In this document: piece by piece, positions 40,592-56,848 of the stretch | How the letters are laid out: the number at the start of each line of letters is the position of its first letter | Numbering within the stretch: position 1 is the first letter of the stretch | Notes under the pieces: generated by a model | The model's database searches: none | Seen by the model: the letters and a program-made list of their open reading frames with translations, nothing else | What the model was told of the DNA's origin: nothing | Program-made: the position numbers and the translations under genes | Source of the DNA: Yuukianura sp. NJ FZ-2021 | Taxonomy: Eukaryota | Assembly: GCA_046563655.1 (NCBI GenBank) | Contig: CM102285.1 | Location: 4,216,001 to 4,280,000, forward strand | DNA: 64,000 nucleotides | Direction: 5' to 3'

Positions 40592-41690
40592 TGTAGATCG
40601 AATCCAATAATGGTTACAATAGACTTTAGCTAATTACCCAGTTCAAAATTTTTACCAAAAATGCACAACAATACAATTTTATAGAAACAGGTTTTGTTAA
40701 TCAGCAACATAAATTGCTCAAAAACGAAAATGCTAAATAAATGTTCTTTTCGCAAAAACTATAAATAAGCAAAGACTCATAAAAAATCGACTTATTTAAC
40801 TGAATTAAAAAAATAGCTGTATGAGTCAAAGAAACATAGCTGACTGTGATTACCAAAATTCAGAATCAGGTTTTGACTGACTCTAAGGCAAGTATCATGC
40901 GACCTCTTGCACTCAATGAACCTTTGATATGATTAAAAACAAAATAGCATGCGCTTTACATCATAAAAGCGACAGAGATTAAACATAAGTTTGTTGAAAA
41001 AAAAACCAGAATCACTATTGACCTTGAATTTTTTCAGAAAATAAACCAAATTTGTTTTTGTTATTTTTGCTGTTTAAAGTAGCGAAACCTATGTTATAAT
41101 CTTCCGTTTCAAGGTCATCTGTATTTATGTGTTGTGTGAATTCTAAATGAATCAAAGTGCGTAAGCAAAATCAAAAACGTTTTTTTTTTTGCAAATGTTT
41201 TCGTCAACTGTAACTGATTCAGTTATAAATAAATCGATACCTGGCAAACTAATTTGTTTTGTAAATATGGTTATCGTTTTGGTCATCCAAGTTTAAACTA
41301 GGTTTGTTATGATTATTCAGGTTAGGTTTGTTAATCTCCTTCAGTTTATCATTTTTGCCAAAATTTGATTAAATTAAAGTATTAGTGAAATTGATGGGTT
41401 CAAGCTACCGCTACCTTTTTCATTTGCAGCGATTGCCACTGGCTACAATGGAATCGCCAGCTTTGCATCGGCCCTTATTTTTCTGGTGCCTTCTAATCGG
41501 CAGTTATTGGATTGGTTGCTAGGACAAGGACCCGATTAGTGAAACGTGCTCGCACATGAAATTAAGGTGAAACTTTTCATGCCTCGATTTTCATTATGTC
41601 GGTTGTTGTGAGTTATGAAATTAAAGATGATCCAAGTGCATTAAACTGCTGGGGCAGTTATTTATTGCCGAAACATACGTTTAAGTTACA

Positions 41691-42988
41691 ATGCTCAAGC
41701 AAAGGCCAATTCCAGGAAGATTTTACTTTTTCGTCTGTTTTAGTTGTTTGTTAACGATTCTTGTCACATTGTCCTGGATACACGCGGTGATTCGATTCTC
41801 TGAAAAGTTCCATAGCTCGAGGAAATTCAAATATGAAGGATATTCACCATATGCAGAGGTCGAGGAAACCGGAAAGTATGTTGAAGAACTTGAAAAGCGA
41901 AAAAATTGCTGTGTACGACACGATTTGCTGTCATCGACACTACTAACATTAAGGTGAAACTGAAAGAAATCTTGATTCTTTAATCAAAAACGACTTTTTT
42001 TTTTAAATTGAGTGAATTTGAATTCGGAGTTTTAGAAACGATACGGACCAGTCTACGTGCAGCGATGAAGCAACAATTGCCGGTAAAGGTCAAAAGGTCA
42101 TTTCATACAGCTTGTATGCCAACGGGGAGGGCTCAGTGACCGGATTTCTGGAAGGACTCAAGCCAAACTTGGATGCAATAGAGACATTGTACCCTGGATG
42201 GATTACTAGAATATACACGAACATTGCAGTATCAAAGTTTTGTGAATTTTTGTGCAAATATCCGATTTTGTACGTATGTGACATTAGGAATATTCCGGGT
42301 TTTGGTAAGCTAAAAGTTTGGCAACGGGGGAAGAATATAATTTTGGCGTGGGAAAATTGCAGGTAACTTTAGCCACCTTGACGGGAGGTCTTGGCGGTTT
42401 CTGCCTCTGGGTGACCCGACGGTTGACATTTTCATAAGCAGAGACCTGGACAGTCGAATCTACCCGCGTGAAAGAGCTGCTGTTGAGGAGTGGGAACATT
42501 CAAATTACTCCATTCACACTATGAGAGATCACCCGTTGCACAACGTCCCAATGCTGGGTGGAATGTGGGGGGCAAAGAACACGCTACTTGGTCCGCAACG
42601 TTCGAAACGTCTTCAACTAAAAATTATTGAGGTAAAACAATTGAATTATTTGAAGCATATTAATGTACTGTTTCATGTAAAACTATTTAATTTCTATGAT
42701 TTGAATTAACTTGAAGAAATTAATGCGTTGTAGGAGGCGAAAGCCAAAAGTCACAAAGGTTGGGATCAAACGCTTCTAGAATCAGTTATCTATGGGAAGC
42801 TGTCAAATGAAACCATGGCGCAGGACAGTTACTTGTGTGGCCAATTCCCAGACGGAGTTGTACTTCCATTTCCAACACGGCGTGAAAATTCGCGATTCGT
42901 CGGAAGCATCGCCGATAATCCGATAGGTCCAGAATTTGCAACATGTCCAGAAAAATGCCGACGCCAACCTGCCTGGACGGAATGTTGA
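41691..42988 (+). CDS. Type II membrane DxD-motif protein, putative glycosyltransferase of unassigned family, 4 exons
   Basis: N-terminal TM; QKVISYSLY...YPGWITRIY; WRFLPLGDPTVDIFISRDLDSR...ERAAVEEW...MRDHPLHNVPMLGGMWG; WDQTLLE; QDSYLC; PFPTRR. GT-AG introns give a continuous frame. Confidence 0.7.
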
Positions 42989-43197
42989 CTTCGAAATACT
43001 TTTTTTTTATGAGTGCATGCTATTTATTTGAATAGATCGAATTTCTTCATATGGGCGGCAAATGTGATTTGCAAATTAATTAAGTTTTATTTTTCTTTGC
43101 GTCTTACTAGTTCCACTAGTAAATTGACAATTCTTTGTGGAAGTAAAGTAAAAAGCAATAAATATCCGGAACCAAAATTTACATTTAGAAGCAAAAT

Positions 43198-43881
43198 TTA
43201 TGATTCACTTTTAGTATATTCTGAAACACCGCGGTTTTGAATTTCTTGCAATCTCATTGATATTGAGTCGGTGAGTAGATTTAAGTAAGTGACGACGAGG
43301 ATTGGAATGCAAATGGCAGGAATAACAAACGGAACGATATGATAGAATATATGCAGCAATTCAGGATTTTGCACTCTGTCTACTTCCGTCGACTGAGTCA
43401 ACAGCGGCACCTCCCAGTTGCGGTAATCTTCAATTCTCCCTGTACCCAAAGCAAATACAAATTACGCCAAAACTGATGGAAACAGTATGTATTTCTGAAT
43501 TATAATGATATTGTGTGATAATTTGTTTACTATTGTTCAACGAGGTCTGAACTTATTTTGCGTTTTTTTCTGAAAAATTACGTGTATTAGTTTCTTACCT
43601 AATGGTTTTGATATTGTTGAATCCAAAGCGATACTGGGCCACTTGGAATAAAGTCGATTGTCGTTCGTAGTTTGCGATGCGGTTGGACCATAATCAAAAT
43701 TTGCCGTGTCAATTTTTTGAGCAATTTTGTTTTTGAATTTACTCTCATAATGTTTGACTTGATGACCTGCGAACACTGTGGAAGGACTGGCTCGAATGTG
43801 ATCAGTACATGCGCCCAGAATCAGGAACAGAAAAAGCGAAACGTGGGAACTGCTTTTTAGAATCCAGTGCGCTATTTTCAT
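43198..43881 (-). CDS. Small predicted single-pass membrane protein, function unknown, 2 exons
   Basis: Signal-like N-terminus (43881-43598); phase-1 intron; exon 43439-43198 with TM segment IFYHIVPFVIPAICIPILVVTYL. Confidence 0.45.
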
Positions 43882-44844
43882 TTCAAAGGAAATTTAAATC
43901 AGCAAATCAAAAATGAAATTAATATTGAATGCGGCGCTGCTCTAATAAGAGTGAAGTTTGTCAGCCAGCAGTGTTACGGTACAGTTAAAATGATGGCATT
44001 GGGGCATTGGCTGAATAGCATGCGATGCTATTTTGGTGTACGACAAATGAGTGTGAACAAAGTGCTAATTATGGATTTTAAAATTTATGTATTATTCATC
44101 AAGCAAAAGCAAAGCATGGTTGGGTTTTGTTCGATCATGTAGATCTTGTTGATTAACTGAACCAGGTCAAGAGCTTTTTGCACCTATATTGACACGGAGT
44201 TGATGATGCCAAGAGCATGTAGCTATACTGACGCCAATGTCCTATGAAAGCTTTCAGATGTGGTTACTGCGGAAAGAAATCCAAAAGTAACCTGAACGAG
44301 TCGATAAATTACTGAAAACTATTTGGAGCGACAAAATGCAACTGAAAATTTGCAATAAAAACAAAAAATGCAGCACGAGGAATATTATACAATCTATGCA
44401 TCATAATGCTAATGCAACCCTGATGTTAAATTTCAACGGCAGATCTTCTAGCAACACATTTATCGAAGCACGTCACTATACTCAAATGATCAGCCTTTTT
44501 TTTTTACATGTAAATTCTAAGTTTTAGTTTAAGTAAATGTTGCAACGTATTAATTGCCCCAGCTTTAATTTTTTCGGCCAGTTTGTTGACATTTCAAAAA
44601 TTCTTTCGTGGCCATCCGTGTCCAAGTGGAAAAGCAATCTTATACCGAAGGCAACGTTAATGTAAACCAAAGTTTCCTTCCGACGTTTTAGTCGAATCCC
44701 CTCTGACGGACGAATGGACAGTCGTTAGATATTACAGTGTTTTCTCTGTTATATCAAAAACAAGGGACTCCCGAAAATTAAATTTCAGTTTCATGAAAAT
44801 CTGCATTTATACATAAATAAAGGCAGATATATAAGGTTAATCAT

Positions 44845-45040
44845 CAGGGATGTCAAACATATTTAGTCTCCATGCCCGTAATGTTAACAAAAAAAATATT
44901 TGGGGGGTTTTTGTTTCTAAATATTTATTTATTTGCCCATGCCCTTAATGTTAAATAAGTAAATATTTGGGCCATTTTTAAAAAACATATATTTTTGTCC
45001 ATATTTCGGGGGTTTTTAGCACATATTTTTGACATCTCTG
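44845..45040. mobile_element. hAT-type MITE (196 bp) with perfect 8-bp TSD
   Basis: TIRs CAGGGATGTCAAACATAT / ATATTTTTGACATCTCTG; TTAATCAT at 44837-44844 and 45041-45048. Confidence 0.85.
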
Positions 45041-45871
45041 TTAATCATGTATCCAAGCAAAAGTTCTTTTGATATGCTGCCAGGCTAAATCTCCTCTCGT
45101 TGTAAACCGACTATCGTTGTAAATGGTCGTTGCAATTCATTCGGCGAAAATTATTTCGTGGTAGTTCATTCGATGTAAAGGTGTGCTTCTCGTTCTAACA
45201 AAAAGTACATTTTCTAACAGTTACGATTAAATTAACCTTTTATAAAGTATACCACTTAAGTTGTAATTCTAAAAAGAAATCCTTGCGAACACTTCCTGAA
45301 AAACACGAAGCAATTCTATAGAGAATGGGCACACTCACACACTTCAGATTAATTCCTCTTCATTCCAAAACGCAAGTAAAATGCCGACGAAACAGGCAGT
45401 AAAGACTTGGCACCAAACGAAAGTATGAATTTTTTTTTTGAAAAGTAGACACACTTGCAAGTTGCAAGGCGCACAGGCTTTTATTGCTTCGTAATGTGAA
45501 CTTCAACATTAATTAAAGAAAAAATTTCCCTTAGGTTGAAAGAAAAATTATTTCGTAAGCGCAGGCAAAATTGAAGGTTACGCGACTAATTGAAATTCAA
45601 TGAAACGATACAAGTTTCCATTATTGTTAGGTGATAAAAATAATTCTTCAATGGCATTATTAAAGAAAACGCGTGACTCATACAGCTCTATAAAAAAAAA
45701 ACATTAAAAAACGTATTTCACTTTATCTAAAAAGCAACTACGGAGGGAATTTTATTTCCATATTCTTTGCTGCTGCTAAACGAGGGAGTTCAGCAAATAC
45801 TCACTACATTAAAACACTCAAAGAAAAACACAAATACATTCACATTAGGCAAAAGATTTTATTTCTTAAGA

Positions 45872-46437
45872 ATGAACATTCCAAAAGCGTTGGTTTTCGC
45901 GTATGTTGCTGGAGTATGGTGCACCGGTAAGATAAATAACATTAACACCTAACATTCTTAAATACTGTTATAACTACTGGATTTTAGATTACACGGCATA
46001 GAATACATTTCGACTTTTGCTGATGCTGTTCCTCACGTTTGCGTACATATTCTTTTGTAGGTGCTCAGTCTCAACCACGAGACAATCTCACTATAACGAT
46101 AACCCACCACAAACGTGGACATTGTAATGGAGAAGTGGAACTGTTTTGTCATCCTACTGGCGGGACACATCCAAGACCTACTGAAGCATGCGCAAAACTC
46201 GATGAACTTGCAGAGACGAGAGAAAACTTTGCGCCACACAACGAGCAAGAGATTTGCACTATGCAGTACGGTGGACCTCAACGGGCTACAATCACGGGAA
46301 CCTGGCGAGGATACCATGTCAATAGAGGATTTGACAGAACTAATGGATGTGGGATTCGTGAGTATGACAAATTCGCAGTTGTTCTGGACATCAAAGGCTG
46401 CTCTAGTTTTAAAGGTTTCAAAGGTTCTGGACATTAA
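45872..46437 (+). CDS. Secreted subtilisin-inhibitor-like (SSI family) protein, 143 aa, 2 exons
   Basis: Signal-peptide exon 45872-45926; intron 45927-46060; SSI motifs LTITI...LFCHPTGGTHPRPTEACAKL...CTMQYGGP..ATITGTWRG..V...F...NGC. Confidence 0.85.
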
Positions 46438-47691
46438 AGGCCTTAGATGTAAAACTTGACTACACTAGAATTAATTACCAACGTTCCCCTTGGTTTTGAC
46501 TTGCGCCAAATTAAAAAATCTTCACTATGTTCTCCTTAATTTTGCTTTTTCTTTATAATTGATTCGTCCTAAAATTTTGAAATTATTGGCATTTCAACAA
46601 TTTTCTAAATTTTGACAACAGACATGAATGAAGCGGATTGTACAAGTAATCTGTAGCGTTGTTGTTGGTAGTACTAGCGTTAAAGCTGTTAGGTACCGTT
46701 CAACATACCTTTCTGGTTACATTACAACCACCAACCAACAATCTAACGTAAACGTAACCCGTAAACTTAGAACGTGACCTTTAGAGGTGAATTAATTTTG
46801 GAGTGTTCTCATTCTTCCCAGGTAGTCAATTGAAACTTAACCTCGATTACTTTAAACGCGAGCACAGTTGTTTTAATATTTTACCACGATTCTAACTACA
46901 TCGTTTTCTTTCGTTGGGTTTTTCCTGTGAACTACATCGTATTTATGTAACTCCGATTCTAAGAAAACTTTGGGCTTTAGTTCGGTTGACAATTGGACTG
47001 ATTCAAATTTAATTTATTATATTTAATATATTACTAGAATAGAATGGCATACGTTGAAGAATCGGTAAAGAAAATTCAAATAACGCTTTCCAGTTTGTGA
47101 GATTCTTGGCGAGATCATTTTTTCTGGGATTTAAGTTTTATTTAGATTAGATTAGAGCGAAACCTAGATTAGATTTTTATTTTTTTGCGATGCTGCTTCT
47201 TATGTTTGCGGAATGCGAAGTCGTACTACATGCGTAATATGCCTTACTCGGACAGGGACAATTAAGAGAGACTGAAATATTCCATGAGACATGCTCAGCG
47301 TCGTCGGCCCCAGGTCAACAGGTCAAACCCAAGTAAGCTTACGGTAATTATGTAATAGGATCTGGACGCAGATAAGACGAACCAATTTTGTAAGCTATGC
47401 CAACGAATTATTTTTAGCCCACCGAAAAAAAGGGTCCCTGAAAAAATGTTCTCAATTTTAACCCTCCAAAAAATGGGTCCCTCAAAATCTAAAAAAGTTT
47501 TCCGAGAATATGAAGCGAAAAAACAAAAACAAAACAAACAATGCAGTCAACAATGCGGAATGGATATTCACGTTTATATAAAAATAATAAATAATAATTA
47601 CATAGTAAACAAATAATAAATAATAAATAATAAATAAAAAATAAATAATAAATAAAATGAAGTTAAAAAAATTAGAATAAAAAATAAAATT

Positions 47692-47800
47692 CCCTTAACC
47701 AGAGTACTTTTTCCGCTCTGACTCATCCCGCTGATGCATATCGTAAAAGGAGCACGTAAATGAGCATCAAATGTTGCCCCGGATAACTCGTCCATAAACA
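47692..47800 (-). pseudogene. Truncated Polinton/A32-type packaging ATPase (Walker A only)
   Basis: DAHLRAPFTICISGMSQSGKSTLVKGIL, cut off at the inner edge of the left TIR. Confidence 0.6.
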
Positions 47801-48586
47801 GCGATCCTTTGCCAGGCTCTTCCGATACATATTCCACAGGAGTCAAGTGATAAGCAATGTTGTCGTTAACAGGAATGGGGACTTGCATAGTCTTGCATGT
47901 CGATTTGTGACGTTGAAAGTTATCCGACCGTCCAAACTTTTTTGAACAACCTGAACAACTCTATTCCATTCCATTCCATTCCAGCAAATGCCAGCTGATT
48001 CGAAGGACACAAAGGCATTGGAAGTTGAGGCAAAAGGCGTGCAAGAACACCAGCCGACGGAGTTGCCAAAACCGATTCTGGAGCAAAAACACTTCGATTT
48101 TTCAAACTTTCTAAAACCAGGACAAAACTTGCTTCCGCTTTTTGTGGAAGAGTGCAAGAAGAGAAGAGTGGAAGCCTCCGGCCAATTGGGAATAAATTTC
48201 AACACAACAAAAATTTACAATTCTATAAAGCATTGATTTATTATTTTGTGTTTAAATTTTTATTTAAATTTACAATTTAAATTCCCAATATACGAATTAC
48301 CTGAATTGAGGAGGAGGAGTATGGGCATGCTCTTCAGTTATCCGAGGAGGAGGGTAGGAGGAGGAGTATAGGCATGAAGACATTCAGGAACTCTGGAAAG
48401 CTTCAGCACTTCAATTCATCAACCAAAATCGTCAGCTAAGTTAGAATAGCTTGTGTCGCATTACTTCATCAGCGTTCCTTGGCATCGTAGGTTACCAGTT
48501 TAGAAGCGGAAGATGAATTAGTAGAGCTAACGCTTGACTTTTGTGGCAGACAGAAAGTAATTCAAGAACAGGTTGGATACAACGCC

Positions 48587-48916
48587 GTGGATGTTACAAA
48601 GTTTTCAAGAAGTGACTATATCGGGAAATGGGCAATTCTACGCATCAAGGGCCCAAAAATTTCCAAATCGCTTCATAGCGTTCACTGTATCGCTGTATTC
48701 TTTGATGGAACCGATGTCGCCATATACGAGCCGCTGAAGAAATTAGAAACTGCAATTGTGAAGCCGTCGAAGAAACGGCACCCGTTTCCCTTGGGTATAC
48801 TTTTAAAGCATTTATCCAATTCTTCTTATGCAGTAATAAATGGTGAACAGGACTTCACACAATTGGATTGTGTCTACAGAACATGCGAGTTTGTTCTGTC
48901 AAAATGTCTTGCATGA
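48587..48916 (+). CDS. Possible adenain/Ulp1-like cysteine protease remnant
   Basis: His/acidic/Gln/Cys residues in the expected order: VHCIAVFFDGTDVAIYEPL...INGEQDFTQLDCVYRTC. Confidence 0.4.
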   Translation: MDVTKFSRSDYIGKWAILRIKGPKISKSLHSVHCIAVFFDGTDVAIYEPLKKLETAIVKPSKKRHPFPLGILLKHLSNSSYAVINGEQDFTQLDCVYRTCEFVLSKCLA

Positions 48917-50242
48917 TTAATTGTTATTGCTTAAATTTAATGTTTTAATCATTTAACGTTATTTTTAATATTTATTCAACTATATTTCAATTTTATTTTT
49001 TATTCTAATTTTTTTAACTTCATTTTATTTATTATTTATTTTTTATTTATTTATTATTTATTTACTATGTAATTATTATTTATTATTTTTATATAAACGT
49101 GAATATCCATTCCGCATTGTTGACTGCATTGTTTGTTTTGTTTTTGTTTTTTCGCTTCATATTTTTGGAAAACTTTTTTAGATTTTGAGGGACCCTTTTT
49201 TTGGAGGGTTAAAATTGAGAACATTTTTTCAGGGACCCCTTTTTTTTCGGTGGGCTTAAAATAATTACGTGAAGTCACCCCCGAACACTCTACTGACACA
49301 ACTACTAATTTTTGCATTTTAGTAGGATTTAGCAGAAGTTCAATTGCAGAATTCATACTAACTTTCCGAAGGTATTGTTTGTTTGTTAATTTTCAACGCG
49401 TGTGAAACAGCAATTCAAATCAACACATCTTGATGTATGCATGGAAAATTTAAACTGTTGAGCAACTAAAACTAAAAGTTATCGAAACAATTATTTCCAA
49501 TTCTTTTTTTTCTTGAAATTACTTGGATATTGTCCATTTTAATTGGCATGTGCCCGGAGTTTATAAAATTTGTAATTCTTCGAACAGACAGAAGAATAGC
49601 CTTTGCAATTCCAACAAAAATTCAAACATTTTTATCATTCTTTTATTGGTACAACAGTTTTAATGAGCAGATTTGAAACCCTTTTGATATATCCCCCGTA
49701 AACGTTATTATAATTTAGAAATTTGAATTGAATAAAATTGAATTGAATAAATGAGGTTCTTCCGTCTTCCCTCTCCCGTTTCACCTGCCAGGTTGATATT
49801 TCCACCAATTTCTGAGGATTAGTTCTATACACTTGGGAAACAAGCAGATGAGTACAGTCAACAGTGCTACAGTCTACTTCAACCGAATATGTTCTCTTTT
49901 TCTCCAATGTCCTTGTCCATGTCCACCCACATGTGGTCCAAAATAAAGATTTAGAGACAGCGTTTGTTATTTTTAGTAAATTTGAAATTTTTAACTGTGT
50001 AAAGTGTAAACACCCGATTATTAAAAGATTACAACTACAAGACGCGAACTTAACAAACTTCGAACTTTCACAATTGCTGCTAGATTATTCGTTGAAAATT
50101 CTAACAAATTTACGCACTCAAACCTGGTTGATAGTTTGTCGATTTCTGGAGGGAGAAGGACATTTGTTTTTAACACTTCCGGTTGGATCTGCTTTACTCG
50201 GAATTCAAGTCATCCATTGTAGAAGATACAGCCGAGGCGGTG

Positions 50243-51136
50243 ATGTCGGCAACGAAAAGAGTACAGGTAAAACGACATGGATCGGTCACATTTTCGTTTC
50301 TGGGAACAGATTTCCGAACAGCAGTATTCTTTAGTCTTTTTGCACAGTCATTTACATTTTCTTTTCTTTTGTTTTTCAGCAATGGCTCACGATGAGTAGA
50401 GGCTGGTGGTTGTATGATGCCAAATGGCAAGACCCGTTCGAATCAGCCAAAGTTCTTGCAAAGTACCTCGTGGGGCATCATAAACCAATTTACACAAATA
50501 CAAGAAATGGTGAGTTTGGTACTCCTCAAGGAAACTCCTGATTTTGCCTCTTCAAGGAAAGCACTAACAAACAACCTGCATTTTTGACAGGGGATTTTGG
50601 GGATCATGTGATTGTCATCAACAGTGCCGACATTGCCCTCAAGGCGGATGATTGGTACTACCGGTTATACTTCCACCACAGTGGCTACCCAGGGAGTGCC
50701 TCATGGACAAAAGCATGGGAAGTTCACCGAAAGAATCCTACCATGGTTAGCCAATGACACCTCACCCATCATTTGTATTTTTGTTTTGATGATGTTTGAA
50801 TTCATTTTTCTACAGATAGTTAACAGAGCCGTCTACGGAGCTTTGCCTAAAACGGTAACACGACGACCATGTATGGCAAGACTTCACATCTTCAAAGATG
50901 AAAGTATTCCGCAAATGCTGGCTGAGAATATCACAGATCAAATACGACCACTAAGGCGAGTCCCGAAACGGCTTGACAGTTACACAAAAGAGGAACAGGA
51001 CGCTTTTCCAAAAATATTTGACTACCCTCAAACGTTTGTGTTGCCAGAGGCTGGTCCGTCTACGCCTGTACCATCAGAGCTCTCCCCACAAGTTACAGAA
51101 GTGTCAAAGAGAAGAGCACGAGCCGGCAGAAGATAA
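50243..51136 (+). CDS. mRpL13: Mitochondrial ribosomal protein uL13m, 4 exons
   Basis: MSATKRVQ|QWLTMSRGWWLYDAKWQDPFESA...HKPIY|GDHVIVINS...YFHHSGYPG|AVYGALPK...MARLHIF...PKRLDSYTKEEQDAFPK. Confidence 0.93.
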
Positions 51137-51739
51137 TTTTATAAGTTACTGTTATGTCAAGAAGAACATGAAGTTTAGAATGCCGTATAGCAGTTGATTA
51201 AAATCGTCAATCGACGTTGAAATAGAATTTGTTGATTCTTTATTTCATAGATTTGAGGCGGGGGCGTGAGTTAAGACATACCGGCATAAATTCTCTCTCT
51301 TTTTTGGACGCCGTAAGCTTTAGGGTAAGTGATTGTACCCACCGATTAGTGTTGCATTGTACCTCCTGTTATAATATTAAAAAGTTCTAAATTTACGTTG
51401 ACCCCCCGCGCCCCCGTCATTGTCTAGGTCAGCTTGATACCCAACCAAACCTAACATTGGGGAACAAGAAAATTTTATGATTATTGAATTTGGCTGTTTG
51501 CGGTTACAGTAAGTAGGCACGCCACTAATGTTAACTGGGGGGGTCACAACCACTCACTCCAAACCTTACGTCAGCTCTTTCTTCTTTATGTTTACTTCGT
51601 CACATGTTTGAGAAGTCTTGTTCTTGTTTACCAATTGCCTTTGTTTGTTGATTAAGTTTGGTTCTTTGGTTAGTATTTATGTTCCGTAACTGTAACTACT
51701 GAATGTTTCTGCGAGACCGGCAGCTTACGCTGTTAAGCA

Positions 51740-55420
<3,681 letters not shown>

Positions 55421-55595
55421 ACATTATTTTGGATTTTTTTAGTGCAAAATAATTTTTGTTTTTATTTCTTCCAGAAGTCCATTCCTTTGTCCATTTGATT
55501 TGGAATTTTGTATGGAGGAGAGGTACTTTGGGTATTTTGAGTGCATTATGATTAGTGTTAGTACTAGTTTTAGTGTTGAAGACGTTACAGACTCT

Positions 55596-56418
55596 TTAGT
55601 CAGGATTCACCAGATTGACAGGACCGTCGAATCCATTATCTGGAATGTTTTCCAAATAGGTTATGTACTCCTTTGGAACGCCGTGTTCTTTAGCACCACG
55701 AACCATGACTGATTTGTAGATTTTGGATGGCTTCTGACTTGGTCCGTCGGCAGCAATTGAATCATTTCTTGTTTTCTCTGTTAGCTGATACGCCAAGCAT
55801 TCGTGGTAAGCCCCGTCTATTTGAGCGTTGACATATATCCGCTTGTACACTCCCGCTTCAACACCTTCCTGTCTTAAATGAAATGATTTTTATTGTTCTT
55901 TCAGAGCCAGAACGAAGTGAATGTTCGTCACGACGATTACTACACGGCTCACATTCAAAATGTGCAACAAATATTCGCCTAACGTTTTTCAGATGTAATG
56001 GCAACCTTACTTGTCCAAGTTTTCGCGATCGTATTTCTCCACTTCCCATAAGACGCCGTAAACGTGAGAACTGTCGCGATCAGGAACTGGAATCATATTG
56101 GCAGCGGCTCCGCCCCAGCGTTTACTTTGGAAGAAGAACTCCAATTGATATCCCTGAATCAAAAAATATAAATACATCGATCAAATTCTCAAGAAGAAAC
56201 TCTTAACCTTGTGACCTCACCTTGAGAAGGCCCACGGCTTTGAAGACAGCACTTTTGTTATGCACATGTATCCGCTCAGACGACATGTTGCTGCCGTATG
56301 CGAAGTATAAGAATTTTGTCTGTGGATTGAGTCCTTTGGTCATTTTGTTAAGTGCCCCAAATAATTGTACAATACGGACTGGAGGGAGACGGTGAAGAAG
56401 GTGACTGAACTGTTTCAT
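55596..56418 (-). CDS. GGCT: Gamma-glutamylcyclotransferase, 3 exons
   Basis: FLYFAYGSNMSSERI; WGGAAA...VYGVLW...LDKQEGV..GVYKR; PSKIYKSVMVRGAKEHGVPKEYITYL. Confidence 0.9.
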
Positions 56419-56776
56419 CTAAAGATTTCAAACTTGAGTTCATATGTTTCTGCCAATTTCACTCTGTCTCTCAATCTTGCTTTCGCCACAGCCGCAAGGC
56501 AGGACGCATAATTTCGGATTCTGAAACGTTATTCACTCTGTTTCCCGGATTTCATTTTAATATGCAACAAACAAATTCCTTTCGATTCAGTATTGTTGAA
56601 CTTCCGAAAAATTCAATCAGCTCTCTTAAATTAGTACTAAATTGAGGTGTAAATTTGCAATTTGGAGATTTTACCAAGAAAAAACTCAATAGCATTTGAT
56701 GATGGTGTTCGTCACAGTCTATTTACTTATGTACATTCGCTACAAGTAGACTTCAACTCACGGTCATTCACAACAA

Positions 56777-56848
56777 GCCGTGATCGTCTAGTGGTTAGGA
56801 CTCCACGTTGTGGCCGTGGCAACGGAGGTTCGACTCCTCCTCACGGCA
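56777..56848 (+). tRNA. tRNA-His (GTG)
   Basis: Full cloverleaf: acceptor stem GCCGTGA...TCACGGCA, anticodon arm CCACG-TTGTGGC-CGTGG, T arm GGAGG-TTCGACT-CCTCC; oligo-T Pol III terminator downstream. Confidence 0.95.

Larger units (their letters stand above)
47406..49267. mobile_element. 1.9 kb non-autonomous element with ~285 bp TIRs
   Basis: 47406-47691 is a near-identical reverse complement of 48989-49267; no TSD seen. Confidence 0.85.

Noticed and set aside
46381..46441. Direct repeat GTTCTGGACAT(C/T)AAAGGC at the SSI C-terminus
   Set aside because: Small local duplication affecting only the tail; no wider significance evident
49635..49950. Possible small gene or ncRNA divergent from mRpL13
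   Set aside because: No convincing ATG-led ORF and no snoRNA or RNase P/MRP signature
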